DNA from: Candidatus Bathyarchaeota archaeon
GTDB taxonomy: Archaea > Thermoproteota > Bathyarchaeia > TCS64
Assembly: GCA_963769425.1 (NCBI GenBank)
Contig: CAVYLP010000003.1
Location: 160,001-224,000, forward strand
Length of the DNA stretch: 64,000 nt
Direction: 5' to 3'
Positions 29,365-39,157 of the stretch are shown piece by piece. Numbering within the stretch: the stretch's first letter is position 1; each line of letters starts with the position of its first letter. Under the pieces are notes generated by a model that did not search any database, was not told where the DNA came from, and saw only the letters and a list, made by a program, of their open reading frames with translations. Made by a program: the position numbers and the translations under genes.

Positions 29365-31093
29365 CGTAGAAGACCGTCGAATTCGGGGTCCAGCCGCCGT
29401 AGAGCCTCTTGTATATATTAACGTTCTCCACTAAGCCCGAGGCGAGGGCGAGGTCGATCCATGCCCAGCTGACCTCCTGCCCGTACTTCTCGGGGGCGAA
29501 GTGGCCGAAGGCGTAGGAGAGGTAGGCGTCCAGCTCTTGGGCCTGCACCTGCTTCGCCTTCATCTCTTGCATGAGGGCTGCCCTCGTCGCCGGGTCACCC
29601 AGTCTGTGCTTTATAGCATCGACCTCCGACTCGGCATCCTCCTTCGCCTTGCTCAACGCGGTGTAGGTCTCATCGATGGCCTTCCTTATCCCGGCGTGTG
29701 CCTGGGAGATGCCCTCGACGTTGTTCGTCTTCTTCGCTTCCACCCATGAAGCGAGGGCGTCGAACAGCTCCCTTCGTGAGAGGGTCGTGTACCCCTTAGT
29801 TTCTAGGTTTCTGCCCGCCACCTCATTCCAAGGCGTGTTGTAGAATACCCTTGCGTAGCGGGTGTAGGTGGGGAATGGTATTCCAAGCTGGGAGACGCCG
29901 GGTATGACCTCGGCGTAGTAGCTCGTCTCCCCCGGCCCGCCAACGTGTGCGAGGACGGGGATAATGGAGTCGACGACCACCTGTCTAGAGTCTACCCTAG
30001 GGGTGATAATTTTCCCTATCTCCTCGATGTCCGGCTTCTCCGCCGAGAAAGAGTAGCTGTATGTCTGCTCGCACCTCGGGCATTTGCCCTCAACGCTCGC
30101 CGTTGAGCCGGAGCCCGCACTGTACTTTAACTCGACCCTGCTCCCGTGGCAGCTCGGGGTCTGGCACTCTAGGAAGAAGGGGACGTAGTCCATTGACCTC
30201 TTACCTATCTGCGCCCTATAACCCAGCCCCTCGATCAGGTCGACGGCGTCGTTAGATGAGCGAACAAATCTGCTCCGATTCGGCTCGGAGAGGAGAACCT
30301 CGTACCCGTGCCTGAAGAAACCCCTGATGGCTGGATCCGTAGCCGAAAGCATCGGTATCCCCATATCTGACTCAAGGTTCAGTACAGAACCGAGTATCTT
30401 CGTAGAGAAGTCGGCGACGTTTTCCGTTGAGTAGTAGGAGCCCTTTATGATTGTGAAGACGTGAGAGAGGTTCTGGAGTACCTTCTCCTGTTTTGCGGGC
30501 TCCACACCCTTGAGGAGACCCCTGTAGTTGCTCTCTAGTTTCTCTAGGGTCTTCCTGAGCCACTCCTCGTCTGGATTTGGCAGCCTACGTATGGGTGCGC
30601 CCTCGTAGTCGGGTGGAGAAGGATAGGTTATGAGCATACCCCTTGCTGATGGACTCGGAACCCGGATATTGAGCAGTTCAGCCTGGACGCTGTCGTAGTC
30701 CCCTACGTAGTAGAGTGGGACGTACCCTCCACCGAGGCTAGCGAGGGTCGAGATGTATGTTATCTTGTTGAAGATGAAGCTAGGACCTCCGAGGCAGTTC
30801 GGCTGCTGACCCGTCTCGACGACCCCCTTATCGAGGGAGTCGATCCTCTTCGAAGCCTTCGAGGTCAATATACCCAGCCCTCGCATCTGGCTCTTGATGG
30901 CCTTCTTGAGCCCCTCAAGCTCGGGTGGCGGTGTGCCGTACTTCGCCCTTATCTCGTCGAAGTACCCGTAGCACTCGGCCATGTTCTGGGGTATCCCCCC
31001 CCAAAGGCGGGGTGCGTATTCGCCACTCGGGTCCTTCTCCGTGTACTTCTGATATAGCATATGAACTGGGGGATTATCACTCACATCATTCAC
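29354..31093 (-). CDS. bshC: Bacillithiol biosynthesis cysteine-adding enzyme BshC-like
   Basis: VVETGQQPNCLGGP..FNK, DYD, HVGGPGETSYY, long C-terminal coiled coil; 579 aa; context with bshA and bshB. Confidence 0.8.
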   Translation of the reverse strand: MNDVSDNPPVHMLYQKYTEKDPSGEYAPRLWGGIPQNMAECYGYFDEIRAKYGTPPPELEGLKKAIKSQMRGLGILTSKASKRIDSLDKGVVETGQQPNCLGGPSFIFNKITYISTLASLGGGYVPLYYVGDYDSVQAELLNIRVPSPSARGMLITYPSPPDYEGAPIRRLPNPDEEWLRKTLEKLESNYRGLLKGVEPAKQEKVLQNLSHVFTIIKGSYYSTENVADFSTKILGSVLNLESDMGIPMLSATDPAIRGFFRHGYEVLLSEPNRSRFVRSSNDAVDLIEGLGYRAQIGKRSMDYVPFFLECQTPSCHGSRVELKYSAGSGSTASVEGKCPRCEQTYSYSFSAEKPDIEEIGKIITPRVDSRQVVVDSIIPVLAHVGGPGETSYYAEVIPGVSQLGIPFPTYTRYARVFYNTPWNEVAGRNLETKGYTTLSRRELFDALASWVEAKKTNNVEGISQAHAGIRKAIDETYTALSKAKEDAESEVDAIKHRLGDPATRAALMQEMKAKQVQAQELDAYLSYAFGHFAPEKYGQEVSWAWIDLALASGLVENVNIYKRLYGGWTPNSTVFYVNL

Positions 31094-31744
31094 CTCAACA
31101 GATTCTTGGCTGACTTCGCCTCGTAGAACGGCCCGTTCTTCGCCAACGACTCCTCGATGAAAGCCTCAGCATACTCGCAGTTCGCCTGGACTCCCCTCAG
31201 CTCCGCCTTCTTGTCGTTGAACCTCTGGTAGTAGTCCCAGGGGAACTTCGCCAACTGGGAATCGTAGGCCCCTACCGCGGCTCTCTTCACCTCCATCGTC
31301 TCGGAGATGTCGATCAAGAGGTGGGGGCTCGGGATGAGGGTGTTTATCTCCATGAGGAGGAGACGCTCGACTAGGTGGGGCTTAACATATGTGGTCGTGT
31401 GAGCTGCCCACTCTATAGCCTCCTTCACGACCTCGTACGCAGTCCTGTGGTCGGCATGGTAGTCGAAGGGCAGGTGGGTGACGACTATCCTCGGCCTCTC
31501 CGCCACGATCACGTCGGCCACCCTCTTAATTAGCTCCCTCGAAGGGGAGACGTTGTCCTCCATGAAGACGATCGGCTCAGCCAACCCAAGGGCCTTACAC
31601 GCCTTCATCGATCTCTCCCTTACGATTTCTAGGGTTGCACGTCAGGCATAGAACTCTTGACACCTTTGTGTGTAGCGCGAGGGTGCCACCACAGCCGAAA
31701 GTTTCATCGTCAGGGTGGGAAACGATGGCAAGAATTCCGTCCAT
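31090..31744 (-). CDS. bshB: PIG-L/LmbE family de-N-acetylase (BshB-like), 1-nt frameshift near 31609
   Basis: Upstream frame MDGILAIVSHPDDETFGCGGTLA joins MKACKALG...DYHADHR...YDSQ...YAEAF; overlaps the bshC start. Confidence 0.82.
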
Positions 31745-31816
31745 GGAGCTCAAACGATTAGGGAAACCAAGGCATAAAAGGGGTTCCCCGATTATTCAAT
31801 ATCGGCAAACATCAGA

Positions 31817-32801
31817 GTGGTTGAAATTAATAGGGTTGTGAAACCGCAGGGGAAAACGCTTTCCGGTGGGCCTGATAGATATCGTGTCGCCTTGAGTCCG
31901 ATGGTGCCCGTTGCAGAATCAGGTAGATTGGCCATCTACTGCCCTGCCGACGGGAGGTACGCGTTTTACAACAGCCCTTACCCGGCACATCGATTGATGA
32001 CTGGGATCGACGTGTATCCCAACCCGATGATAAATGAACCCATGCCATCACCGATCGATGGTGAGGTACTTCAGGTGAGGCGTGTTAGGGCACCACTCGG
32101 TCACGGCTTCGACGCGCCCAAGTTCGACGTGGTAACTATAATCAGAAGCGGCGAAGACCCGGAGAGAATCGTCAAGATCCTCCACGTCGAAACTAAGGCG
32201 AAGGTAGGGGAGTCGATTGAAGATAGGGCAAAGTATGGGTCCACTCATCCGCTCCGGGTACTTCGGATACCAGACGCCACTCCACGCCCATATAGAAGTA
32301 CGGCCCCCCGGCGATCCCCTGCGCGTCAGGGGCGGGTATCCTATCGACAGCTTCCTCAAGCTCAAGAACCTCGAATTGACTAGGGCGATCGCTGGAACTG
32401 TAGTAGCGTCGAGACCCGGATATGCCCTGATAAAGCTGGATCTGGCCACACCCGGGATCGTAGCCGATGTCGGCGGCGCACCGGGGATACTAGATGGGGG
32501 GATACCCATCTACGGCTGGTTTGGTGCACACGTTGAGAACCCGGTTAAGGATTCACCTGTGAAGCTACTCGGTAGGACTATTGGATGGACCACAAACGTG
32601 GCGCCGAGGACATGCGTCGCGGAGTGCACCAGCTTCACTGTGATGCTCGGCTCCGCTCCTGTGGATGCCTTCTTCATGCTCCTCCCAAGCGGGGAGCCCA
32701 ACGTTGTGGTGACTTCTAGGGGGCAAGGCGAGTTAAACCTCGAACAAGGCGCCGAGGTAAACCTGACAATCGAGAAGAATGACCTAGCCCAATACATATA
32801 A
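31817..32801 (+). CDS. Conserved archaeal hypothetical protein with M23-peptidase-like motifs, 1-nt frameshift near 32219
   Basis: FYNSPYPAH..GIDVY, SPIDGEV, KILHV, then in the next frame SGYFG...HAHIEVR. Confidence 0.65.
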
Positions 32802-32834
32802 GGGGAGGGACGCGACCTAAACAGACGAATCCAG

Positions 32835-33200
32835 ATGTCTGACCTCAGTCAGCTCCCCCCGAACGTACAGGAGAGGATAGCACGCCTCCAGCAGCTACAG
32901 AACACAATGCAGCAGCTACAGGCCCAGAAGCAGAGACTCGACGCCGAGAAGTCCGAGACCGAGCGGGCGCTAACCACTTTAAATGAGACGCCCGAGGGCG
33001 CCAAGATCTACAAGAGCGTCGGCGCCGTCCTCATCGAGAAGGAGAAGGCCACCGTCGTGAAGGAGCTGGCCGAGAGGAAGGACTTCTTAGAGATGAGGGA
33101 GAAGGTCCTAGAGAAGCAAGAGGAGAAGGCTAAGGAGAAGCTTCAGGGGCTGCAGGAGACCCTGCAGAAGGAGCTCGGCCTCCCCCAGCAGCAAGGTTAA
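32835..33200 (+). CDS. pfdB: Prefoldin beta subunit
   Basis: Coiled coils flanking the KIYKSVGAVLI hairpin. Confidence 0.93.
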   Translation: MSDLSQLPPNVQERIARLQQLQNTMQQLQAQKQRLDAEKSETERALTTLNETPEGAKIYKSVGAVLIEKEKATVVKELAERKDFLEMREKVLEKQEEKAKEKLQGLQETLQKELGLPQQQG

Positions 33201-33898
33201 TCCTTCTTAAACACTCTACCGAACCCAGTTTGCTTCTGTTCCGTTTTCTTGGGCTCACCTGTCCCACGGAGCGGGGAGGTGTCCACGCCCAGCTTAAACA
33301 GCTTATTAATCACCTCGACCCCGTCGGCGGAGCCAGTGTAGTCGATGCTCGTCAGCTTGGTCGTGGGGATGAAGAGGCAAGCGTAGGGGAAGCCCCTCTC
33401 GGCGCAGTCATCGAGGATGCAAGAGTTGATTCCGGAGATCGCGCCTTCCCTAAGCAGCGGGTACCCGAGTTTGGTGAGATCTATCTTGTTGGAGTAGGCG
33501 AGAGCCTTGACCTCTGAGGAGATTGTGCTGAACGGCAGCCCGTCGATCGCGTAAATCTCAGTGGTATTCTTTTCCCTCAGCCACTTGAGGAGGGCCTCCG
33601 CGATAGGCCTGCATCCCTCCGCGGGGACGAGGCTCTCGGTCACCACGAATATGAGCTTATCCTCCTCGTCGAAGTGTATCCTGAAGGAAGAGATAGGTTC
33701 TCCGTTTGAGATGAGGGTCATTGGCGGGACGTAGTCGGATTTAACGTGGGCAATAATCGGGAACATCTTCGCCCTGATAGAGAACATCACAGAGGTGTTG
33801 CCTATGAAGCCGGCCCCTGCTAAACCTAGGATGGCCTTGTACTCCCCCCTCTTCAGGGGGGTCGTCTCAACGATTGAGGTGTTGTTTCTCGTGGACAT
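33197..33898 (-). CDS. PAC2-family proteasome assembly chaperone
   Basis: GLAGAGFIG, PPMTLISNG, GAISGINS, VDTSPL. Confidence 0.78.
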   Translation of the reverse strand: MSTRNNTSIVETTPLKRGEYKAILGLAGAGFIGNTSVMFSIRAKMFPIIAHVKSDYVPPMTLISNGEPISSFRIHFDEEDKLIFVVTESLVPAEGCRPIAEALLKWLREKNTTEIYAIDGLPFSTISSEVKALAYSNKIDLTKLGYPLLREGAISGINSCILDDCAERGFPYACLFIPTTKLTSIDYTGSADGVEVINKLFKLGVDTSPLRGTGEPKKTEQKQTGFGRVFKKD

Positions 33899-33989
33899 TG
33901 TTCTTTAGTTGTTGGTGGTGGATTTAAGATGCTGCTCGGGTTTGTGAATCAATTTGGTGAAGTTTTCGTTTTAATACGAGGACTGACTA

Positions 33990-35012
33990 ATGTTTCCGAG
34001 GATGTTGGGGCCCGTGGATTTCAGCGATCTCAAGGACCATCTAAGGGGCAAGGTCTCAATTCTGTGCCACCACAACGCGGACCCGGACGCCATCGGGGCC
34101 GCATACTCGATGGAGAGACTAATCCACACCCTCGACCCAAACGCCGTGACGGAGATTCTCTACCCAGATAGCGCCAGTCTGCTAGCGGAAAGGATGATAA
34201 GCCACTTCAAGATCGAGGCCTCGCCTCACCCAAAGATAATGGGCGCAGACGTCGTCCTGGTAGTTGACACTGGGAGCCTGATCCAACTGGAGGTGCTCCA
34301 ACCCATGCTAAAGACTGGCGCCGCACGGGTCTTCATCGACCACCATGGAAGGGACGACGAAATTGCGAGAATCGCCGACGTTTACATCGTCGACGAGTCA
34401 GCGGTAGCGACTTGTGAGATCATCTACCAGTATTGGCGCTCCCTGGGGCAGAGTCCATCGAAGGACGTAGCGGAGGCACTGCTTCTAGGGATAGCCTTCG
34501 ATTCCAAACACTTCGCCATTGGTACGCCGAGGACTTTCAGGATCATCGCGGAGCTTATGGAGTTGGGGGCGACCCTGAGCGGGGCGCGTGAACTTCTCCA
34601 GGGCGTGATGGATGTCTCGGAGAGGCTCGCCCGCCTAAAGGCAGCGCAGAGGCTCACCATCTACCGGATGGACCCGTGGATCGTCGTCACGTCCAACCTG
34701 GGTTCATTCCAGTCCTCAGCCGCGAGGGGCATACTCAACCTCGGCGCAGACGTCGCTATCATAGCCGGGAATGAGAAAGAAGAACTCAAGGCTAGCCTAC
34801 GATCCACGGAGGAGTTCTATCGGAACTCCGGGATTCACCTCGGGGAAGACGTTACAAAGCCACTATCCGAACCCTATAAGGGAGCGGGTGGAGGACACCC
34901 TACTGCAGCAGGGATAAACGGCTTTGGTGAGGCTGAGAAATTCCTCGTGGATGCGGCTGAGACTATAAAGGCGAAGCTGGGTCAGCCAAAGAAGGACGTA
35001 GTATCCTCTTAA
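33990..35012 (+). CDS. DHH/DHHA1 family phosphoesterase
   Basis: HHNADPDAIG, VVDT, IDHH, SLRS, GGGHPTAAG. Confidence 0.9.
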   Translation: MFPRMLGPVDFSDLKDHLRGKVSILCHHNADPDAIGAAYSMERLIHTLDPNAVTEILYPDSASLLAERMISHFKIEASPHPKIMGADVVLVVDTGSLIQLEVLQPMLKTGAARVFIDHHGRDDEIARIADVYIVDESAVATCEIIYQYWRSLGQSPSKDVAEALLLGIAFDSKHFAIGTPRTFRIIAELMELGATLSGARELLQGVMDVSERLARLKAAQRLTIYRMDPWIVVTSNLGSFQSSAARGILNLGADVAIIAGNEKEELKASLRSTEEFYRNSGIHLGEDVTKPLSEPYKGAGGGHPTAAGINGFGEAEKFLVDAAETIKAKLGQPKKDVVSS

Positions 35013-35111
35013 ACTTGGGCAAGCTTTGAGGACTCCTTCAATTCACTATTATATGTGTAACTATTATATCTCGGGTGTAAGACTAAGAAGAAGAAATCGG
35101 CGGTTAGTCCC

Positions 35112-36845
35112 ATGGGCAGAGTCAGCGTCGAGGGCCTGTGTTATAGCTACCCGAACACCCCCGATCTAGCCCTGAGGGACATCAACCTCCAGATAGAGGA
35201 AGGCGAATTCATCCTACTCACCGGTCCAAGCGGATGCGGCAAGACTACTTTTTGCCGATGCCTCAACGGTCTCATTCCCCACTTCTACAGCGGCGAGATG
35301 AAGGGGGACATAAAGATCGACGGCCTCTCCACAAGGGACCACCCCACATATGAGCTAGCCAAGCACGTCGGTCTCATATTTCAGAACCCCGACAACCAAA
35401 TCTTCTCCCTCACCGTCGAGAAGGACATAGCCTTCGGTCTAGAGAACATGGGTGTGCCAAAGCCGAAGATGGTCTCGGAGATAGACTGGGCGATGGGGCA
35501 GGTCGGGATCACATCACTCAGGGAGAGGGGTACACACGAGCTATCCGGAGGCCAGAAGCAGCGCCTCACAATAGCCAGCATTCTCGCGATGCACCCCGGC
35601 GTCATTGTTATGGACGAGCCCACCGCCTTCCTAGACCCCGTCGGTGCCGAGAAGATATTCAACGTGCTCAAGACCCTCAACCGGGAGCATGGCATAACCA
35701 TCCTCCTCATAGAGCACCGGATGGATCTCGCAGTCAAGTACTGTGGCAGGATAATCGTATTCAACGAGGGCCAAGTAGTAAACGATGGGAGACCCCGAGA
35801 TATCTTCACGGCGGACGAGACTCGCCTCATCGGCGTCGGCATCCCCCGCATGGTCGAGCTCGGCAGGAGACTCCGACAGAGAGGGTACCAGCTAGAAATC
35901 CCCCTAGATTCCGACGAGGCATACGCGAGCCTCGTCCCCTACCTGAGGAAGCAAAAGGCACTCAAGCCCCGCAACGAGATCGAGGACCTGAACACCTTCG
36001 TCGGTGAGTACTCAAACAGCCCCCTCATCCAGCTGAAAGATGTTACCTACTCCTATTCAAACGTAGAAGCCCTCGGGGGCGTCTCCCTTTCAATAAACCG
36101 GGGAGAATACGTCGCCATAATGGGTGAAAACGGCGCAGGTAAGACTACTCTAGTGAAACACTTCAACGGACTCCTCCGCCCCAAGAGTGGAACAGTCACG
36201 GTCGACGGCGAAGACGTGTCCACGAAGAGCATCGCCACCATGGCGCGCAAGGTGGGCCTCGTATTCCAGAACCCCGACGACCAGCTATTCGCCGAAGACG
36301 TGGAGGAGGAGATCAGCTTTGCCCTTCGGAATTTCGGTTACGAGGAAGCCGTAATAAAGGAACGTGTAGACTGGGCTCTAAACCTCCTCGACATAGAGCG
36401 CTACAAGAAGTCCAGCCCCTTCATCCTCAGCGGCGGGGAACGGAAACGTGTGGCGCTCGCATCGATCCTCGCGTGGAACCCCGATGTCCTCGTCCTAGAC
36501 GAGCCCACCGTAGGACAGGACTATGGGCAGAAGGAGAGGCTCAAGCACTTCCTCATGCAACTGAGGACCCAAGGGAAGACTGTCGTTATAGTAACCCACG
36601 ACGTCGAGTTCGTTGCAGAGAGCCATCCCCGCATCCTCCTAATGTCCCAGGGTAAAGTAGTCGCGGACGGCCCGACGAAGAGGATAATGACTGACTCTAA
36701 GAGCCTCGAGGCCAGTAGCGTGGCGCCTCCAGAAGTCACGAAACTCTTCACCAAACTCGCCTCCTATGGCCTCCCCGCTGATGTTCTCGACGTCGACGAG
36801 GCCATCGAGCTGCTCACTAAGAAGATGAAGGGGGGGCAGAAATGA
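35112..36845 (+). CDS. ecfA: ECF transporter fused double ATPase (EcfA-A')
   Basis: Two ABC cassettes: GPSGCGKTT/FQNPDNQ/LSGGQKQR and GENGAGKTT/FQNPDDQ/LSGGERKR. Confidence 0.92.
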   Translation: MGRVSVEGLCYSYPNTPDLALRDINLQIEEGEFILLTGPSGCGKTTFCRCLNGLIPHFYSGEMKGDIKIDGLSTRDHPTYELAKHVGLIFQNPDNQIFSLTVEKDIAFGLENMGVPKPKMVSEIDWAMGQVGITSLRERGTHELSGGQKQRLTIASILAMHPGVIVMDEPTAFLDPVGAEKIFNVLKTLNREHGITILLIEHRMDLAVKYCGRIIVFNEGQVVNDGRPRDIFTADETRLIGVGIPRMVELGRRLRQRGYQLEIPLDSDEAYASLVPYLRKQKALKPRNEIEDLNTFVGEYSNSPLIQLKDVTYSYSNVEALGGVSLSINRGEYVAIMGENGAGKTTLVKHFNGLLRPKSGTVTVDGEDVSTKSIATMARKVGLVFQNPDDQLFAEDVEEEISFALRNFGYEEAVIKERVDWALNLLDIERYKKSSPFILSGGERKRVALASILAWNPDVLVLDEPTVGQDYGQKERLKHFLMQLRTQGKTVVIVTHDVEFVAESHPRILLMSQGKVVADGPTKRIMTDSKSLEASSVAPPEVTKLFTKLASYGLPADVLDVDEAIELLTKKMKGGQK

Positions 36846-37636
36846 GCCTGCTCGAGGGACTCAGATTCACGAGGGGGGACTCCCCGCTCCACAGGCTCGA
36901 CCCACGCGTCAAGTTCCTGATGACGATAGTCATCTTCGCCCTCTCGATAATCTTCTTCGACCTCATCCCCTTGCTGCTGGTTTTCACCTTGCAGATTCCC
37001 TTGATCCTCGTCGGGCGGATATGGAGAGAGTGGCTGAAGACCCTGAAGGGTGCCGCCTTTTTAGCGATTATTATCTTCGCCACGAACTTACTCAGCTTTT
37101 ACTTCTTCCAAGGCATGCACCTGACCGGCGCAACGGTGGAGTACAGCCTCACCCTAACACTCAGGTTCCTCGCTCTCATAACAAGCTTCAGCCTCTTCTT
37201 CCTCACAACATCCCCCGACAAGCTCAGCCTCGCCCTAGAGAAGGCCCGTGTCCCGTACGAGTTCAACTTCGCCTTCATAACCGCGATAAGATTCGTCCCT
37301 GTCCTCGCCGAGGAGGCTCAAACAATAATGGACGCCCAACGATCAAGGGGGCTAGAGTTAGATAAGGGCGGCTTCCTATCCCGTATAAGGAAATACATTC
37401 CGGTCCTCCTCCCACTCATCGTCAACTCCATCCGAAGAAGCCTTGAACTCGCCGAGGCCATGGAGTCGCGCGCCTTCGGGGCGACGAAGAATAGGACAAA
37501 CCTCTATGAACTCAAGATGGCGAAGAGCGACTACATTGTACTAATCATAACAGTCTCCGTTCTCATTGTGGCTGTATACGCCCGCCTATTCCTGCCACCA
37601 TTCCCGAAGGTACTGGGGGGGATCGTATTTATCTAG
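36842..37636 (+). CDS. ecfT: ECF transporter transmembrane component T
   Basis: HRLDPRVK, AQRSRG, AMESRAF. Confidence 0.92.
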   Translation: MSLLEGLRFTRGDSPLHRLDPRVKFLMTIVIFALSIIFFDLIPLLLVFTLQIPLILVGRIWREWLKTLKGAAFLAIIIFATNLLSFYFFQGMHLTGATVEYSLTLTLRFLALITSFSLFFLTTSPDKLSLALEKARVPYEFNFAFITAIRFVPVLAEEAQTIMDAQRSRGLELDKGGFLSRIRKYIPVLLPLIVNSIRRSLELAEAMESRAFGATKNRTNLYELKMAKSDYIVLIITVSVLIVAVYARLFLPPFPKVLGGIVFI

Positions 37637-37735
37637 ACCAATCCTTATAGTCATTTCATAACCCTTAAATAATTACTATAGAGACTAGAGTCGATATCAA
37701 GGGGTATCAGTAAATACTGTAAGGGAGAGCCATGC

Positions 37736-38791
37736 ATGGAACCTAGGCGAATACAGAAAGTCGGATACTCAACCCTCTCAGTCAGCATCCCCATGAACTG
37801 GGCCAAGAAGATGAACGTCAAGAAAGGCGATATCGTCTTCCTCAGCGAGGAGAATGACGGCGCCCTGCGCATCGCCCCAGAGCCCAGTAAGGCGGAGGAC
37901 ACGAGTGTCTACGTAGTAAATGTCGACCAATGCGACAACACAACCATACTCGCTCGTGTCATAGTCGGTAACTACGTCCTCGGGCGCAATATGATACGCG
38001 TCGAGTCGAGCCGCCGCCTCATGAGGGAGCAGATCGAAAGTATAAGGGAAGTCACCCAGAGACTCCTCGGCATAGGCATAATTGAAGAGAGCGACAAGCA
38101 CTTACTTCTCCAGTGCAGCATAGACCCCAAGAACTTTCCCCTCGAAACAGTCGTCAAGCGCCTATATGTCATAACGAGTATAATGTTTAAGGAATCAATC
38201 GATAGCCTCATCGACGAGGACCACGAGCTCGCGAAGGATGCCATCACCCGCGAGTACGAGGCCGATACAATCTACTGGCTACTATCACGGCTCCTCGCCT
38301 CAGCGCAGCAGAGCCGCGTCGTCTCCGAGAGCATCGGAATCGTCGATCCTATGGAGATCTCCGAGTACAACCTAATCGCCTGGTACTTGGAGATGATCGG
38401 GGACCGCCTCAACTCCGTCTGCGCCAACATCCTCAAGCTCGAGAATCACAAGAAAAACACTGACGGCGACCTGATAGAGCGCCTCGGTCAACTCGCCCTC
38501 GTCAGCTTTACTATGTTTGACAAGGCGATGAAGAGCATAGTCGATAAGGACATAAAGGTTGCCAGCGATGCCGTCGACCTCTATGATGCCGTCCAGATAG
38601 AGGAGGAGAAGCTCCTCAGCGAGTTCCACACCACTAACTCGGAACTCACCATCCGCTTCAACATGATCGCTTGGGAGTTCAAGATAATCGCGGAGCACAG
38701 CGCGGCCATAGCTGAGATATCCATAGACAACATCCTCCGCGGCGAGAACAAGATCTGCCGCATAGAGGAAGAGTCGACGGAAGAAGAGTAG
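37736..38791 (+). CDS. AbrB-PhoU family phosphate uptake regulator
   Basis: RRIQKVGYSTLSVSIPMNW AbrB-like N-terminus plus two PhoU repeats (LEMIGD, KIIAEH). Confidence 0.88.
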   Translation: MEPRRIQKVGYSTLSVSIPMNWAKKMNVKKGDIVFLSEENDGALRIAPEPSKAEDTSVYVVNVDQCDNTTILARVIVGNYVLGRNMIRVESSRRLMREQIESIREVTQRLLGIGIIEESDKHLLLQCSIDPKNFPLETVVKRLYVITSIMFKESIDSLIDEDHELAKDAITREYEADTIYWLLSRLLASAQQSRVVSESIGIVDPMEISEYNLIAWYLEMIGDRLNSVCANILKLENHKKNTDGDLIERLGQLALVSFTMFDKAMKSIVDKDIKVASDAVDLYDAVQIEEEKLLSEFHTTNSELTIRFNMIAWEFKIIAEHSAAIAEISIDNILRGENKICRIEEESTEEE

Positions 38792-39157
38792 ACTCGCCCA
38801 CCGCATTTTTTAGGGCTATAAAATCGATATGGTAATCAATCTCACCATTAATATAACGCTTCGCAGAAAAGGAAAATCATAGTATATACTCAGGCGAGCG
38901 TTCGTTTGAATAGCAAACACCCACTATTCTCGATGAATAATATATTCCCGGACGCATCCACTGACTGAACAGTGAGTGATGGCCGATCTCCTTGACCGGT
39001 TCACGCTTATAAACGAAACAACTGTTCCAACCAGTACAGTTTTTTGACTACTAAACCAGAGTACTAGCTAATCATTACTGGGGGCATAGGATAAATAGGT
39101 TTATAGGAGCCTTTTTTCTGTCTATAGACAATTCGCTAAAAGGGATTTGAACCATCC

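Noticed and set aside
25489-31744. Mycothiol-like hybrid pathway, suggested by ino1 lying near the glycosyltransferase and deacetylase
   Set aside because: The glycosyltransferase has BshA rather than MshA signatures, no MshC/MshD is present, and ino1 follows mcm and is explained by archaeal inositol lipids
38950-39005. Two imperfect hairpins upstream of EF-2 as a C/D sRNA or leader
   Set aside because: Box C/D motifs are imperfect and in the wrong order
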